Source of the DNA: Setoptus koraiensis
Taxonomy: Eukaryota > Animalia > Arthropoda
Direction: 5' to 3'
DNA: 64,000 nt
NCBI GenBank assembly: GCA_048013815.1
Contig: CM106586.1
Coordinates: 18,042,001 to 18,106,000, forward strand
Positions 48,666 through 63,090 of this stretch are shown piece after piece (position 1 is the stretch's first letter; each line of letters begins with the position of its first letter). Both the position numbers and the translations under genes were made by a program. A model generated the notes under the pieces. That model had not been told where the DNA came from. It worked only from the letters and a program-made list of their open reading frames with translations, and ran no database searches.

Positions 48666-51600
48666 GGGGCGAAGGCAAATTGGCGAGCAGCGCCAGTCTA
48701 ATGATGATGACCTTGCCGGCTTAAGCTGGCAAGCTAGCTGTGGGCAGGGGCCAGTAATAACGATGAGTACAACACATCATCATGGACACTTATTGGAGTT
48801 GGCGCAAGTCGTTTGGCCCCGCGCACATTGTTGTCCCATTCAGGCCGTTGATTGAATGGCCGGCCCAACAAAATAATAAAAAGCAAGTGTCCGCGGCGGT
48901 GCCGCTGCAGCGCCCACTAATATACTCAATACATCATCATATGGTCGCGCCGCGACAGATGAGAAAAGTGCCCCCGACGCACGCCAATTTCGGCCGTTTT
49001 GGGCCCTCAGAGAGAGCCCCAATCGGCTGGCTTCGGCTCGAATCGGCTGGCTTCGGCTCGAATCGGCTCGTTTCGGCCCCAATCGGCTGGCGTGTCTGGG
49101 TGGCCTCCTTGTGCCGAGTGTGAGATTACTCTGGCTGCTCGGTGTGTGTGTGTGTGTTTGCGTGCAATTGGGCCGAAAAAGAAGCAGCCCGTCACTGCGA
49201 CACCCCGAGCCGGCACAAGCCACCCGGCCACCCGGCCGACCCAATGACCGACTGTATTTGGGGCCGACTGTATTTAGGGCCGACTGTGTTTGGGCCGACT
49301 GTGTTTGGGCCGACTTTGTTTGGGGCCGGCGGGCAACCCTTTCGGCCCACCGGCTGCACGGGGCCCCATATAAGTGTCAGCTGACCGTTGTGTTTGTGAC
49401 TTGCACGGCGACCAGAAGCCAGCACGCAACTCACAGGCTGGCCGGGCCGGGCATTTGTCCACGAGATTTCGAGCGGGTCAATTGAGGCGCCTTGGCTCGT
49501 TCGCGCCAATGAGCTGAGGTTGACGAGCCCGCAATCAATGACGCAACAAGGTTGGCGCTGATTTTATTGACCAATCTTGGCCACATTTATATATATGTAT
49601 TTATATATGCATGCACGGCAATCAGCGGCGCGGTCAGTCGTTGCCATTGGCGCGCACAAATTGCAGATATTGGGCCAGATATTTTTGCCCCGACGAAACG
49701 GGCCCCAATCTTCTGGAGCGGCCCCCATCGGACATAATTCAACATCAGCGGCGGCCAAAATCGGACTTGAGACAACAATATGGCCAGCACAAACAACAGC
49801 AAAACAATGTCGCTCGATCTGGGCACCGCCACCATAATTCACGTGATCGCTAATGATGTCGATCGTTATCTGTCCTATTTGTTTGTTATTATGCAACTTG
49901 GTTTCTGTGCAACTCGGTTCCTGTGCAACTCAGTTCTTGTGCAGCTCAGTTGTGTTATGCAACGAAATCTATTAATCATTTGGCCCTGGCGCCCACACAA
50001 ACACTTTTTGTGCGAAATACAGTTGCGTCAGCCGGACTTGGCGACTTATCGCTGGCCCATTCATGAGCTTGATGACAATTGAGCTCCGTTGATTTATTTC
50101 GTCGACGCAGCAACCAGTTTTTGGCTGTTTTCCATGATTTCGGGCCGCATCGTCTCTTCGCTGTGCCCGCAAACTGTTTGTGGCAAACATCTGATATCAG
50201 TTTGCCCGCTAAATTGTGCCGACGGCGCACAATTTCTGTGATTTTGGCCGCAATTAGCGTCCGCCAATGCCCACAACAATAGCCCACAAAATCCCGTGTT
50301 TCGGTGCCTTTTTCCGCAGGAGGTATTTCCGCATGACCGGTATTTCGCGCTTCGAGCGCCCGCTGACACTGGGCCCGTTGGCTGCGGGCGAGCAGGCGTT
50401 AGCTGAGGGCGAACACAAGTCAGCTGGGCAAGCCGGCGAGAGACTCGCCGGAGATAACTTATATCATATAACTTATATCATATAACTTATATCATATAAG
50501 TGACACTTGTTGGCGCAAGCAATTATGGGGCCGCTGTCGACTGGACCGTGTCACCGAAACACAAGACGACCGCACGAAGCGATGAGACAGCGCTCCGGGG
50601 ATAAACGGCGGCTGGCTCTTGGCGCAACTTGGCCCAAATCACGTGCTCAGCACATATTCGGCTGACCGGCCGGATATCCCAGGGTCAAGCCACGCTGTGT
50701 CGGTTGGGTCGCGGCAGCGGCGAGAAGCCAGATTTTTGGCACAAGAGGCAAAAATAAATGTATATTATTGCTCGTTGTGCGACTCGCGCGCATTTGTGCC
50801 ACTGGTCAGCCTTTGTGCCACTGGTCAGCTTATGTGCCGCTGGTGAGCCTGACACGTTGCGCAACTGGATCGCGATTCGCGAATGTAATTGATTAATTAG
50901 CATTGTTTGTTTCATTACATTGACGACTGTTGGTGGGCGTCCAGTTGGCGGCGCGGCACTCGCTGAGCCGACGCAAACATCTCATTAGGCCGATGAGATG
51001 TTTGTGGCGGCGGCGGCCTTGCCAAGTTGCGCAACAACATAATTAGCTATTACGACAGCGCGCAGTGGCGACAGCGTGGTCAGCGCACACAGCAAGACAA
51101 TTGCTGGCAATGACATGGCCGTACAAGTGTTTATTGCACGCGCAATAATTGCGACAACATGGAATGATTACGTCACTGGCGTTCGTTATCATCAAATTAG
51201 CAATGTAATCATATTTTTATGGCTGGCAGCAGCATCATGGCCGCAGCATATTATTATTATTGTTATTATTATTATTATTATACCGAGCGCTATAATAAGC
51301 GCTGGCGAGATTGCGAGCTATGTGGGCGCCAGTTGCGGCCAAATTGTGATATATAAGACTCCATATAATTGCCATCACACACACACACACACAGCTACGC
51401 GCCACAAACGCCGGGGCCAGTTTGACCACCAGGGGCCCAGATCTGGTAGTTGCGGCACACAGTAATTACTCACAATGATCGTCCCTCCGTGTCCCGTTAT
51501 GTCGCTGTGCCCCGTTGGTGATATATCATCATTTTGGGCGCAAATCATCGCGAGCCAGCGTTATTGTTATTATAACTATTACACAATACAATTGTAACTG

Positions 51601-54600
51601 TTACATAACTATAACTATTGCACAACTATAACTATTACGTAACTATAACTATTACATAACTATAACTATTACACGGCTGCATTCATGGTGCTGGTTGCAA
51701 GTGGCCTCATAGTTGCCACCATTATCATTAATATCATTAATATGTCGTGCCTAGATTGTATAATAAATGTGTAATAAATACAAAATAGATGGATACTCTC
51801 TGGCCCTCGCACAAACTCGCCCCTCTCCACGCCTGATCTGTTGATCGCGCCAAGACTGCCCAAACGAGCTTGCAATTACTGTCACCAGTGGCGCTCAATC
51901 GGTCTTAGTGGGGCCACTGTTCAGTCTAGCAGGTCCAGTGGGCCGAACAGTGGGCTCCACGGACGCTGGCAGCGACTTCTGGGGCGCCCCAAGCGGTCGT
52001 GCGGGCAAGTGAGCCGAGCCGGGCCGGGCCGGGCCATCGGACACGCAAAACGTAACATAACATTTACAATGATTATAGCGATTATTGTTATTAGGGATTA
52101 TTACGCAGCCGAAACAAGCTCACATACTTACAACAGTTAGCAGTTAGCGGTCACAATTGCTGCCCACAATTACCGCTCTCTCGGTCTTGGTCAATCTCGG
52201 TCCGGCCCGCAGCCCGTCTTGGCGTCGCTTGTGCAAGTCCGGCCTGACCGCAACAAGCGCGCACGAGTCTCGCAAGACTCTCACGGTAAGAGGCTCGCGC
52301 GTTTGTAAAATCTCTTGAGCTGAAATCTTTGAGGATGCCTTGGGCCGCAACTACGTTACGGTTACGTAACCCGACTGATGGGGGCGCTCGGTTTTCGCGC
52401 GTCGCACGGTTCAGTTTTGCGACAGAGCGACTCTAGCGCCGGCCGGCCAGCGAACAAGTGGTGCAAAGTCAATCGATGGCCAGAGAATGGCCGCCACGCC
52501 AGTGTGGCCATCATAAATCATCGGCCAGACGACTATCGATTGTGCGGCGGTTGCACGAGCAAAAGTGCTTTCACATAACACGTCCTGGCTCGTGCAACGC
52601 AGATTGTTATGTAATAAATATCATGGGTATATTATCATGTTATTATGGTGCAGTCGCTCTAGTGGGCAACGCTGATGCCACATTGTTTGCGGCGCGCACA
52701 TTATCATATCCTCGACATATATTTCGAGTTGTACAGAGGTGTGATTATGGCCTCGGCCGCCGCGCTCACTATTAGCGCGCATCAGCAGTGTGACACCGCA
52801 CGAAATAATTTTGCTGCCCATTCCTTTCGAGGGGCCCCTTCCGCTGCCTTCGGGCCGGTTTTTTTGAGATAACTCCGGTAGTCGGGCGCCCCGCTCGAAC
52901 ATGATATCCATAATCAGCGATCATCCAGTCATATTCACTGACTCTGCTACACGGTTCAGCACCACTTACACACACTTGACAGTATCTCTGGCCGGCAAGC
53001 GGGCCCCAAGTGAGCCGTCCGTCTGGCCGGCGTTCGCATGACTCGGACGCTTTGGATAATTTTTTCATCGGCCAGCCGAACGGGGCCCAAATGGGGCCCG
53101 GCGACTAAAGCGGCCGGCATTTTATGAGCTGTCGGCGTCGGATTTGGCTAGACATCTCTATCTAATGTGTTTTATGTGATGATTTTTTGTGCTCTGTTGT
53201 GGCGCGCGTATGTCGCCGTCATCTGTCGTGTCGCTGCTGCTGCTGCATGGATGCCGATGCCAAAAAGTCTAAAGTAAAAAAGTCGCTCTAAAACGTTGAA
53301 AAGGGCCAAAAAGTTTAGTTTGCGAGTTAGAAAATATTTATAGCTGATATATTGATGGCAATACGAGTGAATGGCCACCAGAGTGGCAACGGTTTATAGG
53401 CGACCGGCGGTTATCTTACCATCTAGCGACATACGCAAGCAAGATGGGCAAATCGCATCAATGCAACCAGCATCAGCATAGGCAAAGTGACCATTCAATT
53501 ACAATCAATAGAGAAAAAATTCGCCCCCCCCTCTACCAGCCTATCTACACACTATGTTACGCAAGAGTGCACCTCACTTCCGGTGATGTTTGCTCCCCTT
53601 TTTCGGGCGCTGTGGCCGCGCCGTATACGCACGTTGTGTTGTTCCCTGTGGGGCACCAAGTGGGCACAAGAACGGCCATCATTAGACGCAACAAAATCGG
53701 TGCATCAAAATTGCTTACAATCGGTTCTCATGACATCCGAACTTGGGATTACGAAGGGTCCGATTTTTCGTTTTTCCGGTCCCCGTCAGCCGAAATCGAT
53801 TATTCGGATTATTTTTGGGTTTTTCGGATTATATTCGGGTTTTTCGGATTACATTTGGGTTTTTCGGATTACATTTGGGTCTTTCGGCCCGTATGAAGCA
53901 TCCGAAAATGCGACGCACACCACGCTCACAACTGGATATGTGACCAGATATCCAATTGTGACGAGTGATATCATGCTATCACATGGCATAATTGGTGAAC
54001 AAAAAAATCACGCTTTCTCATGCATTCGGTCTAGGGGGCCGAAAAAAGAAGTGGGTGGAAATAGGTGGAAATTAGGTGTTTTTGGTGCCAGAAATGGGGC
54101 TTGGCGGACGTATACAGGTGGGATTGGTGTATTCACACAACAACAAACTTTCATAATGCGCTTCGGTGTGGCGCGCAAAAATTTCGGCTCGGTGATTCCG
54201 GTGTCCCTAGCGAATCACTAGAAGTGATGTGTGTGTGTGTGTATGATAAATGTAATAATGTAATTACGCTTACGTAATAACGCAACGTATCGCTGATGGG
54301 CAGCAAATTGGGTAGCTTGTACTTGTCTGCATTGTATGATGAGCGGTTGCACGGGTAGCGGCGAGGCGCGATCTGCGGCTGCGGCTGCAATGGGCAACGT
54401 ACGCAGCAGTGGGTATATAGCAGGTATCGGTGGGTACCTTTTATCGGCCATGTAAAAAGGTGCCATTCACAAGTTGTTGCGAAGCCATTGCGATCGCTGC
54501 CCGACTGGCAAGACTGTTGCAGACTGTGCAATGCGTCGGCCTAATTAGTTGCTGGCGTTGGGTTTGCGCCAACAGGAAGTGGGCACTAGTAGTCATTTGT

Positions 54601-54689
54601 TTCTGGATGCACGCCCGAAACTCGCTGATACTAGACACGCTGTCTGACGAGGCTCGCACGGCCTTGCCGGCATTGTTGTTGCAATTGAC

Positions 54690-54827
<138 letters not shown>

Positions 54828-56310
54828 CTCTGTGCGACGGCAAGCTGCGCGACAATCGCCGATATAAACTGTCGGCAATGTTGGTCGCTGTTACGCCAAC
54901 AAGCACGACAACAAATCTGGCCCCAATTACAGCCAACGAGAGCGGTTTGTTTGTACTGGCCTGATTACATTTATCTCACCTGATGTGCGCGCTTGTACAT
55001 GCTTGTACGCACATAAGTTGTTGTTATTTAGTTCACGTCAATTTCCACTAGCGTCCACTCGTTTTCACTGGCCAGCCGTCGCTTGGCGGCCAGCGAGAAT
55101 TAGTTGCAGCAAGTTGCAACTGACACGGAGCCGCTAATGCAGCCCGACTAGCCGGACACTGCAAGCCCGGCCCGCTCAGTAAATGCCAAGCGGGCCCCAC
55201 AACTGACACCGGGCTCTGTCTGACGCGCACAGCTTGTTACATAACCGAGTGTTGGTGCCGCTGTTGCCGCCGCTGTTGTGATAATATCCATACGCCACAC
55301 AAACTGGACGCAACGCTGCCAACATTGGCTGGCTGGATATTGGCCGGCTGGATATTGGCTGGCTGGATATTGGCTGGCGTGCCCTGGAGTGGGCCCAACA
55401 AGAGTGGGCCCAGAGTAGATTATAATCTATTCAATTAGTGTGTTTATTTTTGCAGTTGTTCGGCGTTGCGTTGCGCGAACGAGCCTGCAATTGACGAGAT
55501 CACGCCAGAATCAATTGGCGCCGGCCCCACACACAATCGCGTGTCTCTGGCCCCACGAGCGGCGTCGGGCCCCACGAGCGGCGTCGGGCCCCACGAGCGG
55601 CGCGAGGCCCGCAAGCAGAGTCCGGCTGGCCGGTCGGATCGCGCTCGGCGGAGGCCCGCTCAGTGGCCAGTGCGCTCATGGGCCTGGCAAGAAAAACAAG
55701 CGATTAGTATGCAAATCCGTTTCAGCCGACACCACAACAACAGCATCAACAGCAGCGCCAACAACAGCACCAACAACAGCACCAACAACAGCACCAACAA
55801 CGGCACCAATGGCAGCGACAGCGGCAACAGCGATGCCATTACGGCCACGGTGCGCATTGTTTTTGATTATGTTTGGTCGCGCTGGCTGCAATTTGTCCAC
55901 TTTGTTGTGCCCACGAAACGACAGTTTGGCAGGGACACTTCCGCAGCGACAGTTTCCAAAGCTAGTGGGGCCCCGAACGGTCACAAGCGAGGGGCACTTG
56001 GCGCGAAAGCGACAAGGCAGCAACGACGGTTGCCTAACAAGACCGTTGCGGCCGACTTTGGTTATCGGCTGGCTGCAATTCAATTGTGTATCATATTAAT
56101 TTAATGTTGCTCATTGTCGGTGCCAGTGACATGGCGGCAAGGAATCGGCTCGCTGGCTGGCCTCATTAGACGGCGCAACGAAACAGAGACAGCGAACAAC
56201 AGAAAGAAACTCGAGAAGTTGTCGACGAGAGCGGGCAATTCGCATCTTGCGCGCGCTCTCTCGGTCGGGACTCGGGCCGGGTTGCAGCCGACCAATAATT
56301 AGACTGCGAG

Positions 56311-56412
56311 CGAGGGGCGACTTTTTCTTTGTTTCATCGCAGCAAGATCGCAGTGACATTGCAGTGAGATGGCAGTGAGATCTCACTGCGACGAAGAAAA
56401 AGTCGCCCCTCG
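56311..56412. other. 102-bp element with perfect 19-bp terminal inverted repeats and an internal palindrome
   Basis: CGAGGGGCGACTTTTTCTT (56311-56329) pairs with AAGAAAAAGTCGCCCCTCG (56394-56412). Internal 18-bp palindrome GCAGTGAGATCTCACTGC. Confidence 0.8.
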
Positions 56413-59400
56413 TTGGCCATTGTCGCTTCAGCTGTAGCCAACTGTTAGGTGAGCTCGTGGCGTCTAATTTGAATGCCGCCAGCTAATTGAATCGGCGGCC
56501 TGCCCAGCTAGCTCGCCACTTGGGCACTTTTCGCTGGGCAAATTTGTTTGTTTGCATTCAGTGTCTATATTGAGCCGCTGCCATAATCTCGTCGTCTAGC
56601 CAATAATCTGGCTGTTGCTGCCGCCAGGCTCGATTCTATTTCGAGACTCATAGCCAAGACTGCAAATTAATCCACACTCCGGGATTGCAGAGAGAAATCG
56701 TCGTTGCATGGCGCAGATAAATTCACTAGTGCCAGTTGACATAACAGTGATAAATGATGGTGGCTCCGACGTGATCGTTGCCAATGCCGACGCTCTCTCG
56801 AACGACCGACTAATGCTGCATCATCGAGCTATCGCCTTGTTAGTTAGTCAATAATAATTGGCTACACAACTAGTGACACATGACAGCACTGTTATAACTG
56901 TCATATGTGAGACGACACACAATAAATTGGCGCACATAATTCAATTACAACAACAACATCGGGCCTCTATTACGTAATGCTCACAACTAAGCATGACAGA
57001 TTATCTCGCACATAATCAATAATGATTTCATGAGGCATTCATCGATCGTTGCGCACCACAACAATTACAAAACAAACCAATCGCGACATTGTGATCTTTT
57101 CAAATTTTGTCCCGTCTCGGGCACGATGATTGGGCCCCGCTCACTTGCCAATATGAGTGACTTGCCAATGTTAGCGCCAACTGACTGGTGGCAAGTTTCC
57201 ACTGGCAAACTACCGAGGCGCCATCGCGCCAAATCGCGCCAAATCGTCGCCCGGCGATTGGCGATTGGCGATTGGCGCCAAACAGATAATGATCGATTCA
57301 TTGAATCGGATTCAACGAATTGCACCAACCGCCTATGGGATCCGCAACTCAATCAGCGGATATTCCGCGGCCGTTCCGTAGCATGGCAATTGTTTGGCGA
57401 ATCGAGCACAATGCTAATTGTTGGTGCAAACGCTCGAACTGCGGCCCTCACAGCCTGTGAGTCACAGGTGACCCCGTTACATATTGGCCGCCTGTCATCG
57501 TGCCAGTTGTCACAGTTTCTGTTCTTATGCAGCGATTCGACAGGTTCCCAAGTATCGGCTTCGGTGCGTTTCGAAGTATCGGCTTCGGTGCGTTTCGAGG
57601 TATCGGCTCCGATGCGTTTCGCTAGCATCGAGTCGCTAGGTTTGCACAGTATCCAGGCCGATACAAACAGCACAATCGGCGCAAAGGACGCATGCAATGA
57701 TCGATCGTAATTGCTCTCTCGAGAGGGAGCTCTTTTTCTCTAGTTGATGGGCCCCAGTTTTGATCCAATTGATGCATTCCGCCCTCATGAGAACTAATGT
57801 GGCTCGTTTTTTCCAACTCTCCCATCTCGCCAATTCAACAGATGCACACAGTGCACTTGTGCGCCCCTCACAAGCTTGCCAGACAAGCTTGCCAGACAAG
57901 CTTGCCAGACAAGCTTGCCGAAATTTGCACTTGCACTTGCAGTCGCCCGATGCGTCCAGTCGGGCGCTAACGACTGGACAGTCGATTCGAGATCCTCAAG
58001 ATCCTGCCCGAAAGATGCTTTTTCCAACGATGCGCTGACGTCAAAACTAATCCACCTGCAACGAGCAAAAACTTGCTTGAGATGGAAAAGTTTCACAGTT
58101 CGAGCGAGCAAAACACCCAGAAAAGAGTCAGACTCTGTCTGTCAGAGTGATGCCGAAAAAGTGTATGCCAGTGATTGGGCCGCACGATTGAGCAAGTGTC
58201 ACCGCTAGTCTCAACATGCACTCACATATTTCCGTATTTCCGAGAAGTTCTCATATTTTCAGGTCGCGTGCCCCTTCTCCGAAAACACCGACAATAAATG
58301 TATGAATGGGCACACCTCGGGGGCATCGGACAACCGCGAAACGCATCCATAAGAGCGCTTAGTAGCTCAAGCGAGCGGGCTATGGGCGATATTTGAATAG
58401 CACATTTGGCATGGCACACAATGGCACAAACTTAAATTGTCTTGTTTATTTGTTGTAGACACAACAACATGCGATAAAACGCTCTATCCAGACATCATTT
58501 AATTATTTTTCACCAGTTTGCCGTGTCTGCCTGTCTGTTTTTATTATTATTATCTGCTTACTATCAACTCGAAAAAGTGCCCCAAGCAAGGGCCCCATTC
58601 TTTATCTTTTTTTTTTTTTTCAGACTGCTCGCTGATTGGCCCTTCTCTCAAATAGTGAGCAGACGCAGCTCACCGGAAGTTTTTCGCTCTATTCACGTTG
58701 CTCTCCACGTTGATGCGAGAAACAGCGTGCAACACGAGCACCAACTAACGAGTATATATTTCATAGAAATCCAAGTCGAAATACGATGATGACGATGATG
58801 ATTCGTGTGTCTCACTAAAAGGAAACGCGGCAATCGGTGCTGTCGAGAATGATGGACGTTGCACGTGTTCAAATATTATCATTATTGCATAACTGAATAA
58901 TGATTATGATTTATCCGATGACGATCCCTCTCTTTCATTCACCTGTCGAGAGTATTATGCAACTTGTGCTTGCACATCTTGCTTCTTCTTCGTACTTTTC
59001 GTCTTCTCTCTCTCTCTTTTTGCATGCCTCGTCACTTGCCAGCCACTGGCACTCGTCAGATCATTTCCATCTTTGCTTAACCAACAAACAGCGGCGCATT
59101 ACCTAAGGGCGCTTAGAAAGCTAATTGAAAAGTAACAACCAACGATAACCACCAAAACCAACCCAATTTCGGCAAACAAATCATTTGCATATCGGGTACA
59201 TGTCCTCTCAGTTGTTACTGTGGTCCTTTTCCGCTGGCTATCTACACCATTGTTGGCTGCATATGGGCCCCGAGTGCCGCTGCTCAATGTATACAAATGT
59301 ATATATATTACTGATGCAGCTCTAAACCAGCCCAACAAATCGAAAATTGGCATGAAAATTGTATGAATCTTTCGAGGGCGATCAAGCCATTTTTTGCATC

Positions 59401-62400
59401 GTATTAGTGCCTGGGAATTATCAAAGCTCCGCTAATCCCTAACAGGTAAATTCTACCCGGTAGACCGACCGGGGGGCAATGTTGTGCCAGTAAATAGGTT
59501 GCTGTTCTAATTAGCAGTTGTCTGCCGATAACAGGTTCGGAAAAATTGACGCCTGCCCAACAGATTCAGTATTTGGCCTCGAGGTGCCCCCGGCTCACAA
59601 CTGTACCTTCTTTGTGTTATGTCACACAACTTTTGTGTATTTGCGCCCGATGAATACGTGACTTCGCTTGGCGCCAAATACGACAAAGATCCACAAGAGT
59701 AAATTGATTGCCTTCAGGCGCCACACTGTGTCGGCTGTATCTTCGGTCAACGCTCAAGTAAATTGAGAGAAATCGCCCCAAAGTAGCCCCCGTTCTGTGC
59801 GACTTAGTAGCTGTCACGACGCTAGAAGGTCAGAGATTTTCGTCGTGACAGTGTAAAATCGTAGTGTAATTTCTCAATCATAGAGATTGCTAAAAAATAA
59901 TAATGAAAAACCACCTTGTCCTCCGGCTCGCCTGATGCCTTTCGCCGAGCGGCAATGGACACACAATGAGATGTTTTTTTAGTTTCGCGGGTGCCCCTGG
60001 AAACATTTCTGGAAGTTGCTGTATTTTGCATGAATCCATTCTCAGGCTGTTCCTCTGTTGGCTGGTGGCAGGGGATTCGCTACTGGAAATCTGGATCATT
60101 GATCTGTCCGAAATCGGTTCGGACATTGCCTCACTGGTGAATAAATAATAATCGATAATCTTTGGCAAATGCCAAGATGCCAACCCGAAGCGAGTTAGCG
60201 AATACAATTCTCGCGACGAGGCCCGCTCGTTTCCGGTTTGCTGACCTGCAGCAGCTTTCTTCCTCATACCTGTTAAGAAAACCTCAAAGCCCTCAAAGAG
60301 GAAAACTCAATCTTATTGCTGTGCCATGAATTTCCAGTGTTCACTCGATGGAACTGACACAATCAGGACTGTGACCCCATACCGACAGTGCTGGCTATAC
60401 ACACTGATCGGCCTTCGATCAGTTCGCATCATATCTGCTTCCTTTGCCGATGACAAGATACGTGGCAGATATGGAACTGTGGAGAGAATTGTATCCATTT
60501 CTTGCAACTGGATTGGCATAAACTGTCAGAAATGTCTCTCGTTGGTATAATTTCTATCGTGGCACTTGGAGGCATTTCGGCAACAACGCAGGACGTTTTT
60601 CGGGGAAATTTTTGAAAGAAAATTTTCTAAAAAACTTTATCGTGCTCGCAACAAATGCGAGCACGAAAAAGTTCAAGGAACTGCGAATCCAGGGCACGAG
60701 ACTGACAACAGAGAGAGAGAGAGAGCGTTGCGGGTTTCGCTCTCGGTTGGTTTTGCCCGGTTTGTGTCCCATTATCGTGTCACAAATGCGTTTTCTGTCG
60801 ACATAGGTGCCACCACTAATTATAATTTGCGCAAACAACGCCAGTCAATAACTTGTTTCCAACACAAAAACTTGTCTCAAAAAACTGCTGTGAGCGGCGT
60901 TCAGGTTGGCAAGCTGGCATTTGTGCGTGACCGTTATTTATTTCAATGGGGGCCCGAGCGGCGAAAATTAGCAGTGAGTGCGATTTTATATTATTTTAAT
61001 CCAGCTTCTCACCTTGCGCCGGTAAACGGGCCAGTGCAGCAGATAGAGAGGTAGACTGATAGAGCTTGACAAGTGGTGGTCTGTATCTGTAAGTTACAAT
61101 TTGTGCCAACCGGCGTGACAACCGGACAGTTACAGTGTTTTGGTCGCTCTAATTGACACGGCGCCATTTAAGTTCGTGTTCTTTTCCATATTTATGGACG
61201 CGACGCACTCAAATCCGAGCGCCCGCAGCTCGGACATTTGATTTGCTTGAGTAATTTGGTGTGCCGTTTCAGCGGCAATTTTATCCGTTGTGCGCGCTGA
61301 AACACAATATGCCTCATCGTTTCGAGGCCCGGTCTCGCAGAGCTCTTGAGTGGGCATTCCAGCCACGGGGCCCCTTATTTGGGCCCCGCTCGTCGGAGGG
61401 CCTCAAATAAGGGCGGCCTCAATAAAAGTCACCAATCTCTGCCCTGCTGTGTCCGCTCACTTTGTGGGCGTTCGGGGCTAGGCAAGCGCAAAATTGCCCC
61501 AAAAGTGCGTTCGCGCGGGCCGGTTATGGCGGCACCGCTCTCGTTTCACTGATCATCTCGAGCCCGCTGCATACGCTCGCTCTTCTACTTCAGTCCAGAT
61601 ATAGTCGGTCCATAGACACAATTGAATGTGCACTGTGCGTCTTGGCGCTATCTGTAGGTGTCCGGCCGATCGGTCAGCCGAGGGCCGATCGGTCAGCCGA
61701 GAGCCGATCGGTCAGCCGAGAGCCGATCGGTTAGTTGATACACAATTGCAACGTGGTGTGCGGCATCCCCAATGAGAGCCGGCCCTGATTTGGGCCCCCT
61801 TTCGGCCATTCGAGGCACGCCACCGCCAACTGCAATTCAAACAAATTGGCCCCAAACTGGCCAGTGGCCGACAACTTGCTGCTGCTGACCACTAAATCTA
61901 AATTGCTTCAGACGTGCAGTTTGCCTCTGGGCACAGGCAGTTACGACTTGCTGCCCGGCTACTTGGCTACTTGGCTCGAGTCAACATGAGCTTATGCAAT
62001 TGCTGTTGGCGTTGCTGTTGCATGCCGCCGTTAGTTGCAACACTTAGATAAATATATCCATCTATAAATATCTGTATCTGTCCATTTATGCGCCTGGCGT
62101 GTGGGCCCACGGTTTTATATTGGAGTTGGCGCCAAACTGCGCTGTCCGAATTGTGCCGGCTCGACGAGCCACTCACCTGGGGCGACTATCATATGCTCGT
62201 AGTCACTTGTTTGGATTATCGCCAGCCATCTAACTTGGCGGATCTGGCCCGAGATCTAAGTGGCTCGGTGGCTGGCCCCCTCCCCCCCGGTTTGGACGGG
62301 CGAGATTTTCGCGCCACTCGCACCGGATTAAGATTGCTGTGGGCGTGTTGCATTATTTATCTACTTGCACTTATTTTTATTTATTTATTTATTTGAATAT

Positions 62401-63036
62401 ACTTGGCCACGAGCACGACTCGTCAAATGCCAGATTAGCCATTTTGGGGCCAGTATTTGTATAGCGCATGCTACACAAAAACGCCAGCTTGCGTGAGGCC
62501 CCGCCGGTGACTGCCGGCTGATAATTGATTGAGCAAACTAAAAATCGATCACGGCCACAGGCCAAAATTCAGGTGCAACATGTACGCATGACGTTTCAAT
62601 ATTGTTGCAAATATCCGATGTGGGGCCCCGCGTTGAGCCAAGGCTGTTGGATCTGGTGGTTGGACTTGAGCTCTGGAAACGGCCTCACTGGCGCCGCCTG
62701 ACGCTAATAACGGATGTGTCATGCGAAATGCAAATCAGCTGCTGCTTTTGGGGCCGGCCCGAAAGCCGTGCCCCATGTGCTGCCGAGTCGGTGGTGGGGC
62801 CCCAAAAGTGAGCAGTCTATCGTAAGCTCATCGAATCATCATTCTTGCATTATCACTTCATCATAACAACGGATGAGCGCGTCACTTTCAGACGACACAC
62901 ACACACCCATAGAGATTATGCCATATGTGAGGTGTTTGGATGGGGCCCAATCGACTTGGCAGCGCCGCCAAGTGATCAGCTGCTGATGAGATGCTGTCAT
63001 GGGCTATCGTCGGAGTGTCAAAATAGGCTGCACATA

Positions 63037-63090
63037 GTGAGGCCGCTCATGGTGAGGCCGCTCATGGTGAGGCCGCTCATAGTGAGGCCG
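63037..63090. repeat. 15-bp tandem repeat GTGAGGCCGCTCAT(G/A), about 3.6 copies
   Basis: Directly visible. Confidence 0.9.

Noticed and set aside
55466-56104. 212-aa ORF with poly-N/S tract
   Set aside because: Driven by repeats and GC-rich sequence, with several overlapping ORFs in other frames and no homology or clear splice support.
59099-59353. 84-aa minus-strand ORF with a hydrophobic C-terminus and a donor-like end
   Set aside because: No plausible downstream exon at a workable intron length and no family motif.
60326-60550. FADD...IGINCQKC as a non-LTR reverse-transcriptase remnant
   Set aside because: The spacing between motifs is too short, the upstream QG..LSP motif is missing, and no other RT motifs occur nearby.
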